Shown here: positions 1 to 8,375 of the stretch, piece by piece | How positions within the stretch are numbered: position 1 is the first letter of the stretch | Layout of the letters: each line of letters begins with the position of its first letter | Assembly: GCA_963933835.1 (NCBI GenBank) | Contig: CAWVVV010000006.1 | Span: 38,681-102,680, forward strand | Origin: an uncultured Puniceicoccaceae bacterium | GTDB lineage: Bacteria > Verrucomicrobiota > Verrucomicrobiia > Opitutales > Oceanipulchritudinaceae | Reading direction: 5' to 3' | DNA: 64,000 nucleotides | Notes under the pieces: generated by a model | The model's input: only the letters and a program-made list of their open reading frames with translations | What the model was told of the DNA's origin: nothing | The model's database searches: none | Program-made: the position numbers and the translations under genes

Positions 1-721
1 GTTGGCTGGGCTTTCGGCGGATTTGGAGATTCCGATTCTACTCGGAAATCTAGTAAAGACCGAGGACGAGCTCGATGGGGAACAGTGGTTCAATGCAATG
101 GTTATGGTCACTCCGACCGATGGTGTTTTGCCAACCTTTGCTCCGAAGCGTCACCTCGTTCCCTTTGGAGAGTACGTGCCGAACTGGTTTCCTTTTTTAG
201 ATAAGCTCGTTCCCATCGAGGGGCAGTTTACGGCGGGCGATCGAGCGATTGTTCAGATTTTTCCCGTCGGGCAGCGACGCTTTAGAGTGGGACCGCTCGT
301 CTGCTACGAAGACCTTTTCCCTTCGCTCTCACGCCAGCTAGTGAAGAAGGGCGTTGATTTTCTCTATGTTGCGACGAATGACGCATGGTATGGAGAAGAG
401 GGCGCCGCCTATCAACATGCGGCGCATTCGGTCCTGCGGGCCGTTGAGACACGTCGTCCGGTCTTACGTAGCGGCAATGCGGGCTGGAGTGGATGGATCG
501 ATGAACGGGGTCAAATCAGACATGTGCTTCTCGGAGCTGATCGCACCGTCTATTTCCAAGGGGCTGATGCTGTGAGGATCGCCCGCAACCCGTCCTACGT
601 CGATGTCCTGACACTCTACGTGCGCTGGGGCGACTGGTTTGTCCTCGTCTGCGGCGTGAGTCTGTTCGGACTTTACTGGGCTCGCAAAACGGGCAGCGAG
701 TTTGTTTCCGACGAAGTCTAG
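1..721 (+). CDS. lnt: Apolipoprotein N-acyltransferase, 5'-truncated by window edge
   Basis: Lnt motifs KRHLVPFGEYVP, VCYED, TNDAWYG..QH, RAVETRRPVLRSGNAGWSG; C-terminal TLYVRWGDW. Confidence 0.95.
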   Translation, partial: LAGLSADLEIPILLGNLVKTEDELDGEQWFNAMVMVTPTDGVLPTFAPKRHLVPFGEYVPNWFPFLDKLVPIEGQFTAGDRAIVQIFPVGQRRFRVGPLVCYEDLFPSLSRQLVKKGVDFLYVATNDAWYGEEGAAYQHAAHSVLRAVETRRPVLRSGNAGWSGWIDERGQIRHVLLGADRTVYFQGADAVRIARNPSYVDVLTLYVRWGDWFVLVCGVSLFGLYWARKTGSEFVSDEV

Positions 722-1185
722 TGCAGCTTGCCGTAATCTTCGTCGAGATCAGGGCGGGCAACTTCGGGTTTGAGCTCTTCGGAGCTTCGGAGCCACTGAA
801 TGTCGAAACAGCGGATGACCATGACGACTGCAATGAGAATACCGCCTAGAACGAACGTCCAAATTTCGCGCTGAGGCACCAGTTCTCTTTCTGCGATGAG
901 ATCTCGCATTTCATAGCCAAAATAGACCGACAGCACGAGAGATAAGATCGCTCCCAGAGGGTAGACCACGATCGCGACTTCACGTACGAGTTCAATTGGA
1001 CTGCGCCAGATAACAATACTCGCAACGCCCCATAGGAACCAGAAGCCAAAAGCAAAAAGACCAAAGTATCTCGCGTCTTCAAACTCTCCTCTCATTACGA
1101 ATGTGCCGGAGATGAGAACGAAATACACACCGAGAGCAGCGAGCAGAATCTGGCTTAAGCGAAGAAGAATTCCTTTAATGACCAT
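718..1185 (-). CDS. Hypothetical membrane protein (about 4 TM helices)
   Basis: 155-aa ORF with four hydrophobic segments. Confidence 0.7.
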   Translation of the reverse strand: MVIKGILLRLSQILLAALGVYFVLISGTFVMRGEFEDARYFGLFAFGFWFLWGVASIVIWRSPIELVREVAIVVYPLGAILSLVLSVYFGYEMRDLIAERELVPQREIWTFVLGGILIAVVMVIRCFDIQWLRSSEELKPEVARPDLDEDYGKLH

Positions 1186-1254
1186 GAGGGGAGGCTTTCA
1201 GCAAGTCGGACGCTGTAAAAGTTAGATAGGACAGTGCTTATGCCTAAGCTAGGG

Positions 1255-2013
1255 TCAAGATCGGACGTCCTTCCGAAAGGTATGTAAGACGATAGCGAGA
1301 AGAGCGCAGCTAGCGGTTTCGACCCGCAGGATGCGTGGCCCGAGTGTGACACCTGTCCAGCCATAGCTGGTAAACGCGGCATACTCGGCCGCTGAGAAGT
1401 CACCTTCGGGACCGATCGCGAGGCGGATTTTACCACCCTGAGTCGTTTTGAAGCGCTCGTGGTCAAGCGCGTCATGCAGGGAGACGCTTGCTGGCGTCAA
1501 TGCGGCGACGAGCGCACTGCCTTCCGCTGGCTGGGAATCTTTGGAGAGCAAATCCAGCAGGCGGGCGGGCGGGTCGATGCGAGGTAGCCAGGGATTGCCG
1601 CACTGCTTGACCGCTTCCTCGGCGGCGGCCATCCACTTTTGCTGTTTTTGAGCTGCGCGCTCCGCGTCTAGTTGGACGTCACCGTGCTCAGTGAGGATAG
1701 GCCGGATACGAGTCACCCCAAGTTCGGTAGCTCGCTGGACGATCCCATCCATGAGTTTGCCCTTGGGGATCGATTGCCACAGTTCGACTGACCAACTGGG
1801 AGCGGGTTCTGTTTCCGCAAAGGTGATCTCAAGAATGGCTTCGCGGGCATCCGCGTCAGCGAGATGGGTCCACGCTCTGCGCCCTCGGCCGTCTAGGACC
1901 TCAATGCGTTGCCCCTCGGCAGCGCGGCGGACACGGACGAGGTGATGGCTTTCTTCCTTAGAAAGCGTGATCGTTCCAGAGTCGGGGATATTTGGGTGAA
2001 ATGTTCGAAGCAT
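1255..2013 (-). CDS. rsmE: 16S rRNA m3U1498 methyltransferase RsmE
   Basis: HHLVRVRR, KGKLMDGIVQRATELGV, IGPEGDFS, LGPRILRVETA. Confidence 0.95.
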   Translation of the reverse strand: MLRTFHPNIPDSGTITLSKEESHHLVRVRRAAEGQRIEVLDGRGRRAWTHLADADAREAILEITFAETEPAPSWSVELWQSIPKGKLMDGIVQRATELGVTRIRPILTEHGDVQLDAERAAQKQQKWMAAAEEAVKQCGNPWLPRIDPPARLLDLLSKDSQPAEGSALVAALTPASVSLHDALDHERFKTTQGGKIRLAIGPEGDFSAAEYAAFTSYGWTGVTLGPRILRVETASCALLAIVLHTFRKDVRS

Positions 2014-2066
2014 GGGTTGATGAAGAGTGCTTAGACACGCTCGCTCAGTTCTCTGTCTCCGAAAAC

Positions 2067-2097
2067 AAAAAAACCGCTCATTTTCATGAGCGGCTTT
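2067..2097 (-). terminator. Intrinsic terminator of sRNA copy 1
   Basis: Minus strand GCCGCTCAT-GAAA-ATGAGCGG followed by T7. Confidence 0.85.
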
Positions 2098-2146
2098 CTT
2101 AGTGCTTAACCAAACTAAAACTTAACTGTAACTAATTCTGCTGTTC
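2067..2146 (-). ncRNA. Candidate small RNA, copy 1 (~80 nt)
   Basis: Starts GAACAGCA 6 nt after a TCTAC -10-like box; U-rich core ending GTTAAGCACT; GAAA-loop terminator with T-run; paralogue at 2256-2332; no ORF. Confidence 0.65.
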
Positions 2147-2152
2147 AAATAA

Positions 2153-2184
2153 GTAGAGTGAGGTCACGCCGGATGTGTTCAAAA
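2153..2184 (-). promoter_or_regulatory. Putative ECF-sigma-type promoter, copy 1
   Basis: Minus strand TTTTGAAC-N19-TCTAC; same boxes and spacing in copy 2 with an unrelated spacer. Confidence 0.6.
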
Positions 2185-2255
2185 AATTATCAACAATATT
2201 GAAAAAGTTTTTTGAGGGCAGGGAATCCCTGTGTTTAAGCGCCTCTTCGAGGCAC

Positions 2256-2287
2256 AAAAAAACCGCCCATTTTCATGGACGGCTTTT
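2256..2287 (-). terminator. Intrinsic terminator of sRNA copy 2
   Basis: Minus strand GCCGTCCAT-GAAA-ATGGGCGG followed by T7. Confidence 0.85.
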
Positions 2288-2332
2288 CAAGTGCTTAACA
2301 AAACTAAAAACTACTGAAACTAAATGCTGTTC
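2256..2332 (-). ncRNA. Candidate small RNA, copy 2 (~77 nt)
   Basis: Starts GAACAGCA, TTAGTT..CAGT..TTTTAGTTT.GTTAAGCACT core, terminator; paralogue of 2067-2146. Confidence 0.65.
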
Positions 2333-2338
2333 TCTTAT

Positions 2339-2370
2339 GTAGAACGCCCCGAAGAGCTATTTGTTCAAAA
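2339..2370 (-). promoter_or_regulatory. Putative ECF-sigma-type promoter, copy 2
   Basis: Minus strand TTTTGAAC-N19-TCTAC. Confidence 0.6.
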
Positions 2371-2416
2371 TTCTTTTCGAAAAGCTGCAGTTTTTGAATT
2401 TTCTTCACATAGGCCT

Positions 2417-3400
2417 CTAGAAAAGAGCGTTCGCGACGCCGGTGACTGCTGTGATCGGCCCCGCATCACCAAAGCTGTCGAGTGCTTGGTCGGCCTTTTG
2501 TAGCATTGAGCGCAGCTCGCGGTAGAGTTCATCATCGTTGATCAATTTAGTGAGGGTGCCGTCGCCGTTGTTGAGCTGCTCGGAGAAGAGGCGGAGATTC
2601 TCGGCCGTCTTTTGTAGGTCCACCGCGATGGTATCGTCGTAAAGGAGCTTTCCAAGCGAGCCTTCGCCCGCTTCGAGGTTTTGGAAAACGGTCTGGGCGT
2701 CCGTCATGAGGATTTTTGCTTCGCTGGCAGCCGCTTTGATCTCAGTCACGGCGGAGAGGAGCTCGTTGTAGCCTTCGTCATCATTAATCAGTTTTCCGAG
2801 CGTGCCTTCGGTCGAAGCGAGGGCGGAGGTCACTTTTTCCAGATTATCGAGCACGACGGTCAGCTGCTCGCCATTCTTCTCTACGAGGTTATTGATGTTA
2901 TCCATCAGGTTGCCGGGGCCACCTTCACCGCCACCGGTGAAGCTTTCGATTGCGCCACCGAGCTTCTCGCCGATTTCGCCGACCTGACTGAGGACGTCGT
3001 TAAAGTCAGTTGATTCGGTCGTTCCGATCGGGCTGGTGCTGCTGAGGTAGATCGATGAGCTGCCGTAGCTCACGTCGACGTAGTTCTGCCCGAGCAGACT
3101 GGCCATCGCGATGCTCGCGATCGAGTCGTCGGGGATCTTGACCGATTCGTCGATGAGGAGAGTGGCTTCAGCGCGGCCTTCATTTAGGCGGGTAATTTCG
3201 ACGACACCGATGCGCACGCCAGCGAGGCGAACGTCTGAGCCAGGTGTGAGGGTCTTAATGTCGTCAAAGCCTGCGGTCAGGACGTAGCCCTTTTCTTTCG
3301 CAAGCGTGCCGCCTCCGACGACGGAAAAGACGATGTAAGTGAGGGCGAGGCCGAGGAGGAAGAAGAGGCCAACCCCTGTAGCTTGGAGTCCGGTTTTCAT
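2417..3400 (-). CDS. mlaD: MCE/MlaD family protein with long helical C-terminal extension
   Basis: N-terminal TM; L..GSDVRLAGVRIGVV; SLLGQNYV; three G(T/S)L.KL..DD repeats. Confidence 0.9.
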   Translation of the reverse strand: MKTGLQATGVGLFFLLGLALTYIVFSVVGGGTLAKEKGYVLTAGFDDIKTLTPGSDVRLAGVRIGVVEITRLNEGRAEATLLIDESVKIPDDSIASIAMASLLGQNYVDVSYGSSSIYLSSTSPIGTTESTDFNDVLSQVGEIGEKLGGAIESFTGGGEGGPGNLMDNINNLVEKNGEQLTVVLDNLEKVTSALASTEGTLGKLINDDEGYNELLSAVTEIKAAASEAKILMTDAQTVFQNLEAGEGSLGKLLYDDTIAVDLQKTAENLRLFSEQLNNGDGTLTKLINDDELYRELRSMLQKADQALDSFGDAGPITAVTGVANALF

Positions 3401-3402
3401 AG

Positions 3403-4164
3403 TTAAGCTTGGTTTGAAGAAGATTTAATGGCGGGGTGCATGAAGCTGTGGACAGCGTCGTCGGAGCTCTTATCGAGGTCTTCGGGTGCACCCAGAAAGA
3501 CAAGTTTACCGTCCATTAGAAGGCCGGCTTGGTCGGCGATCCCTTGAGTGAGCTCGCGATCGTGAGTGACGATAAAGGTGGTTGCGCCGGTCCGGTCGCG
3601 GACGTCGCGGATGAGCTCGCTGACGGTAGCAGCGGTAAGTGGATCGAGCTCAGAGGTCGGCTCGTCGTAGAGAATGACCTGCGGCTCCATTACGATCGAA
3701 CGAGCGACGGCGACTCGCTTGCGCATCCCACCGGAGAGTTCAGCTGGAATCTTCTTTGCGGTATCAGCGATATTGAGTGCCTCCATCGCACTCTCGACCC
3801 GTTGCTTGATTTCGGCTTCGTTGCAAAGGCGATGTTCGCGGAGGTAGAGCGCGAGGTTATCGTAAACCGTCATCGAGTTGAAGAGGGCGCCGGACTGGAA
3901 GACAATCGCGGTTTGAATCTCGTCGTGCGTTTCCGGATCAGCCGCGTTTAAGTCCGCGATGAGCGCTTCTCCACTGTCGGCGGCTTCAAGGCCGATGAGG
4001 TGGCGGAGTAGGACAGACTTACCAGAGCCACTTGGCCCCATGAGGGCGAAGATTTGGCCAGGCTCGACTTTGAAGCTGACGCCTTTCAGCACCTCTTGAT
4101 CGCCGTAGGCCTTCTTCAATTCGCGCACCTCAATCGAGGCGGCTTGAGTTTCAGTTGCGGTCAT
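3403..4164 (-). CDS. mlaF: MlaF-type ABC transporter ATPase
   Basis: Walker A GPSGSGKS, FQSGALF, LSGGMRKRVAVAR, YDEPTSELDP; lies between mlaE and mlaD. Confidence 0.92.
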   Translation of the reverse strand: MTATETQAASIEVRELKKAYGDQEVLKGVSFKVEPGQIFALMGPSGSGKSVLLRHLIGLEAADSGEALIADLNAADPETHDEIQTAIVFQSGALFNSMTVYDNLALYLREHRLCNEAEIKQRVESAMEALNIADTAKKIPAELSGGMRKRVAVARSIVMEPQVILYDEPTSELDPLTAATVSELIRDVRDRTGATTFIVTHDRELTQGIADQAGLLMDGKLVFLGAPEDLDKSSDDAVHSFMHPAIKSSSNQA

Positions 4165-4922
4165 GTTGCGATGAGAATGTTAGTGATGAAGTAATCAACC
4201 GCGAGGATAAGAGTAATCGAGACAACGACAGCCTTCGTCACGGCTTGGCCAATCTCACGCGGTCCACCTTTTGCTTGTAGGCCGATCATACAAGCAACGG
4301 ATAGTATGAGGATGCCAAAGACTTGTCCTTTGATCAGCCCGTCGATGAGGGCATCGGCATCAACGTATTGCTTGAGCGCTGCGTAGTAGGCATCTGATGA
4401 CAAATCGATCCATGGAACGGTCATGACGGCGATTTGCCCACCGATCCAGCCAGTCACGATCGAGACGATAACAAGAAAGGGCATTACGAAGGTAATCGCC
4501 GCAAGACGTGGTAGCACGAGGATGCGCTCGGGTGGGATCCGCATTGTTTCGAGCGCATCGACTTCCTTATAGACGCGCATTGAGGCAAGCTCGGCCGTCG
4601 TAGCGGAGACGACGCGTCCGGCGACCATGATGGCTGTCATTACGGGGCCGAGTTCGCGGACCATTGCGACGCCAACGATCGAGCCGATGTATTCCATGAT
4701 CTGGATTGAACGCATGGCATCACCGATCTGGAGCGCGAGCACGGCGCCGATCGATAAACTGAGGAGCGCAACGAGCGGTACGGTCGCGTAGCCCATGAAC
4801 CAAGCGTGGTCGAGGCAGCGCTTCCACTGTCGCGGAAGAGTAGGGAGGTAGCGGAGAGATCGGATCACGAGTAGAACCGTCTCTCCGACGCCGCTCAAAA
4901 AGGATTTCACGATTGAGATCAT
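4161..4922 (-). CDS. mlaE: MlaE-type ABC transporter permease
   Basis: VRELGPVMTAIMVAGRV, AELASMRV..EVDAL, GG..EIGQAVTKAVV. Confidence 0.93.
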   Translation of the reverse strand: MISIVKSFLSGVGETVLLVIRSLRYLPTLPRQWKRCLDHAWFMGYATVPLVALLSLSIGAVLALQIGDAMRSIQIMEYIGSIVGVAMVRELGPVMTAIMVAGRVVSATTAELASMRVYKEVDALETMRIPPERILVLPRLAAITFVMPFLVIVSIVTGWIGGQIAVMTVPWIDLSSDAYYAALKQYVDADALIDGLIKGQVFGILILSVACMIGLQAKGGPREIGQAVTKAVVVSITLILAVDYFITNILIAT

Positions 4923-6361
4923 GGTTGTTTACTCCCTTGGGATTGCCAGAAGAAGCTCCACGCGCGGGGCGCTTCACTTTCAAAAGAGATGAGGCCGCGG
5001 AGAAATTTCCAACGAACGTTGTCTTCGCTCATGCGGGTATGCTGATAGAAAGGACCGAACTGGCAGCGTTCACGCCCCTCGCCATCGGATTCGAGGACAA
5101 GTAAGTTCCACAGGAACGAGTGGCGCTTATCTTCGCCTTGGCGGTCATAGCGGTAGATCGTAGTGAGTGGCGTCCAGTTGGCCTGGATCTTTTCGTTGTT
5201 CGGAAAGAAAATGGTGAACAGATCGAGACCTTGAATCTGGACATGGCCTTGACCATCGTTCCAGTGACTGAAGAGCGGCCAGAGGTGCTGTTTACGGGCG
5301 ACGAAGCCGGCATCGTTGGACTGCTTTTCGCCTCGGTAAATAAAATAGAGCACTTGGGTGCGGTGGCGGGTGAGGAAATTGAGATCGATTTTTTCGTATC
5401 TCAGGATGGGCCAAAGAAACCACCATTTTTCCCGCTCGCGCTCGCTCTGGTTACTATAGAAAGGCATCCAGCGGTTCTTATACTGTTCTTCGCCCCGTCC
5501 TTGCACGAAAAATGGCCAAAAGTAGCGAACTTCTTTGTAGTCTGGGCGTGGGTCGGACTCCTGAGTATGACCGAAGAAAGGCCAGGCGAATGTCTGTGAG
5601 AAGAGTCCATCGGCTGTCTCTTGGGTATAAAATGGAAGGACGCCCAACTGGTGCAGTCCATCGCGATCTGGCCGCAGATCCTTGTTATCATACATGAAAG
5701 GCCAGAGCGCGTAGCGTTTCTCGTAAACGTCCGGGCGGGTGAAGCTCCCCGCCATCGGCCAGAGGCCAAAACCATGCGCCTCGCCTGTCAGGGTTTGCAC
5801 GAAAGGCCATGGCGTGCTGTAGCGCACTTCGCCACGTTTCTCAGTCCGGATGTAGAGTGGCCATAGGGCGAAGTTGACGTGCTCACGCCCAAAGAAACCA
5901 TCAAAGCCTCCTGCGAGAGGCCAAAATGCGCGTGTTTTGCGTCCCGTATTGGGATCGCTTTCATAGAAAAGAAACGGCCATAGTTCGTTTTTCCGCACCC
6001 GCCCTTCGTCTAATTTGCTCCCGCGGATAAGGTTGAGAAAATGCCAATGGCTCGCGCCCTCTGTTGAATAGAAGTTGAGAAACGGATAAAGAATGTGCGT
6101 CGACTGGGCATTGAGCTGAGGCTTTTCGATTTGAACCCAGAGCGGACGGATCGTCGTGACTTCTCGCTCCCCCTGAACTTCGTAGTGCCCGAACAAAGGA
6201 CCGAGCGCCGTCTGCTCGTTCGCCCGTCCGACATCGTCTAGGAGCAAAGAGACGGGGCCTGGCCAGAGATTGTCCACGCTGTCAGTGAACGCCTCCAAGT
6301 CAGGTGTCCGACATAAGACCCCCATGCAGATGAGGAGGCTTAGGGTGAGTGAACGCCGCAT
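4919..6361 (-). CDS. Exported hypothetical protein with many hydrophobic-W-P-hydrophobic repeats, first gene of the mla operon
   Basis: Likely start MRRSLTLSLLIC (signal-peptide-like); ATGA overlap with mlaE; repeated LWPF/FWPL motifs. Confidence 0.8.
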   Translation of the reverse strand: MRRSLTLSLLICMGVLCRTPDLEAFTDSVDNLWPGPVSLLLDDVGRANEQTALGPLFGHYEVQGEREVTTIRPLWVQIEKPQLNAQSTHILYPFLNFYSTEGASHWHFLNLIRGSKLDEGRVRKNELWPFLFYESDPNTGRKTRAFWPLAGGFDGFFGREHVNFALWPLYIRTEKRGEVRYSTPWPFVQTLTGEAHGFGLWPMAGSFTRPDVYEKRYALWPFMYDNKDLRPDRDGLHQLGVLPFYTQETADGLFSQTFAWPFFGHTQESDPRPDYKEVRYFWPFFVQGRGEEQYKNRWMPFYSNQSEREREKWWFLWPILRYEKIDLNFLTRHRTQVLYFIYRGEKQSNDAGFVARKQHLWPLFSHWNDGQGHVQIQGLDLFTIFFPNNEKIQANWTPLTTIYRYDRQGEDKRHSFLWNLLVLESDGEGRERCQFGPFYQHTRMSEDNVRWKFLRGLISFESEAPRAWSFFWQSQGSKQP

Positions 6362-6571
6362 TATCGTTAAGTTGGAAAAACAGTCGTCTCGGTCAGATGT
6401 CTCACGGGCGTTCGCCGAAATTTCCGGTTTCGCTTTCGTGCTCAACATCCAACTCAAGCATTCATCGAACGTCAGTCCGAAAAGCGACAATGGCAAAGCG
6501 AAAGTTCATCTCTAAAACGGACGACTGAAGAGGGTTGTCGGCGCGCACAATAAGCGCTTTGTTCTCACCCC

Positions 6572-7126
6572 GTGCGTATCACAGGAGGCAGAGCCCGAGG
6601 CATCCCACTCGTCGTCGGTCGAGGGAAAGAAGTGCGACCAGCAACTGACCGAATGCGCGAGGCGCTCTTTTCGAGTTTAGCTGGGCGGATCGATGGCGCG
6701 CGCGTGCTCGATCTTTTTGCCGGATCGGGTGCCTACGGCCTCGAAGCATGGTCACGCGGCGCGGCGTCAGTTGAGTTGCACGAGAAGCACGCTGCGACCG
6801 TGCGTTGTCTGGAACGCAATCTGGAGAACGTTGCCCGTAGTCTCGGCCAATCGACCGAGCTTGCGACGGTTCACCGCTCCGACCTCTATAAGTCAAAGCT
6901 CTCGGGCACCTTCGACCTCATTCTCGCTGACCCCCCATACCCTGATCTGCGCCACGCCGTCCCGCACATCCGAGAGATTGCTACGGCATGCCTCGCGCCG
7001 GATGGACTCCTCTGTCTCGAAACCCCCGGAGGTCGCATCCCCGAGCTCGCCGGCTTTACGCTCCTGAAAAGCATCGGCAAAGGCCGCGACCAGCCGTGTG
7101 TGTCTCTATATACGCGAAAGGATTGA
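6572..7126 (+). CDS. rsmD: RsmD family RNA methyltransferase
   Basis: MRITGG.ARG, RPATDRMREALFS, LDLFAGSGAYGLEA.SRGA, DPPY. Confidence 0.93.
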   Translation: MRITGGRARGIPLVVGRGKEVRPATDRMREALFSSLAGRIDGARVLDLFAGSGAYGLEAWSRGAASVELHEKHAATVRCLERNLENVARSLGQSTELATVHRSDLYKSKLSGTFDLILADPPYPDLRHAVPHIREIATACLAPDGLLCLETPGGRIPELAGFTLLKSIGKGRDQPCVSLYTRKD

Positions 7127-7215
7127 GACACTCATCCTTCTGTTTTCGGCTAGGCTATATTTTGTGCAATAAGTGGATAGGTTGAGGCTTCAACTTAGAA
7201 GCAATAGATTCTATC

Positions 7216-7725
7216 ATGCGACTCTCCAAGACGCTCATAGTATTCTTCAGTCTTCTTACGGTTCATTCTGCTCAAGCAGAGAGCTCTAGCTTATTTCAGC
7301 ACAAGATCAGCGATCCCGTGCGACAGAAAGAGTTCTCATTGAAGAAGAAGCTTATCTTGGCCGGTTACGATGTAGTGAGCTATCAGCAGGAAGGTGGGCC
7401 TAAGAAAGGGGTTTCTCAGATCCAGACGAACTACAAAGGGGTTACGTACTACTTTTTAAGTGAAGCTAATAAATCTGAATTCAGTTCTGACCCTCAGCGC
7501 TATGAACCGCTTTACGGCGGCTGGTGTGCTTACGCTATGCTCGATGGATCGAAGACTGCGGTTGATCCAGAAACATTTAAAATTGTCGATCAACGGCTGC
7601 TCGTTTTCTACAACGGAGTTTGGGGCAATACATTAGAAAGATGGGATAAAATGCTCATCGATAAAGTGACCGATACCGCATTGATCAAACAAGCGGATGA
7701 AGAATGGGATGACATCCTGCGCTAA
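7216..7725 (+). CDS. Exported YHS-domain protein
   Basis: Signal peptide; GYDVVSY, YKGVTYYFLS..NK..F..DP.RY.P.YGGWCAYA. Confidence 0.85.
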   Translation: MRLSKTLIVFFSLLTVHSAQAESSSLFQHKISDPVRQKEFSLKKKLILAGYDVVSYQQEGGPKKGVSQIQTNYKGVTYYFLSEANKSEFSSDPQRYEPLYGGWCAYAMLDGSKTAVDPETFKIVDQRLLVFYNGVWGNTLERWDKMLIDKVTDTALIKQADEEWDDILR

Positions 7726-7794
7726 GTTGCTCCGGTATTTTTAATGTAGGTTTGTTGTCTTTTCTGCGACAGAGCTCAGAAGACAAAGCGTATC

Positions 7795-8262
7795 CTAATT
7801 GTGCTCGGATTTATATACACTCACAAGTCTCTCGTCTTTTTTCGGGCCGGTGATGCGCCAATTGAGGCGAAGGGTGGTGCCTGCGATCTCAAGGTTTAGC
7901 GCGTAGACATCTTCACCGCAGAGGTGAGGGCTTGGGGAGTGAAAGCTTTGACCGGTGGCGGGCTCTTTGAGTTCGGCGAGGAGGACGGGTTTGTCGCGGC
8001 GACGGTGGGAGAGCTGGATGCTGTTCTCGGCCCGGTTCCATTGCCAGTGGTTAGTCGTGGCGATGGTTTTACCTTCAGCGGTGGTTAGAGTGCCCTTTTC
8101 GATGAAGTCGATTTGGTCGCCGTCGGCGGACTTTTGAACTTCGACCGTGCCGTTCGTTTCACCCGTCCAGCCAGTCTTGGAGTTAGGGCCGCTCGCGACG
8201 GTGCTAGTGAAGGAGCGGATAGTTGGCAGGATTCGCCAGAGGTCTGTGAGCGTAGGCCGCAT
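7795..8262 (-). CDS. Hypothetical protein (DUF6314-like)
   Basis: Start MRPTLTDLW; G.G.V.V..F.EKG..N.W.W and HLCGED.Y..W.ITGPKKD pattern. Confidence 0.65.
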   Translation of the reverse strand: MRPTLTDLWRILPTIRSFTSTVASGPNSKTGWTGETNGTVEVQKSADGDQIDFIEKGTLTTAEGKTIATTNHWQWNRAENSIQLSHRRRDKPVLLAELKEPATGQSFHSPSPHLCGEDVYALNLEIAGTTLRLNWRITGPKKDERLVSVYKSEHN

Positions 8263-8279
8263 GCTTAGAAGGGAGTTGA

Positions 8280-8346
8280 AACCACAAAAGGCACAATAGA
8301 CACAAAATTTTGCAGTCGTATTGTGAGTTTTGTGTCTTTTGTGGTT
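8280..8346. repeat. REP-like imperfect palindrome with 9-nt internal periodicity
   Basis: AACCACAAAAGGCACAA...TTGTGTCTTTTGTGGTT (17-bp arms, one G-T); left arm accacaaaa-ggcacaata-gacacaaaa. Confidence 0.75.
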
Positions 8347-8375
8347 CCACCTTTGTATGCTAGTAAGTTGAGCGA

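Noticed and set aside
1233..2297. AGTGCTTA at 1233, 2026, 2101 and 2290 as CIRCE elements
   Set aside because: Only half-site-like, with no partner arm at 9-nt spacing; the first two may be chance matches.
2067..2370. CRISPR array or plain duplicated terminator as explanation of the twin repeat
   Set aside because: Only two ~115-bp diverged units and no cas genes; conservation extends well beyond the hairpin to promoter-like boxes.
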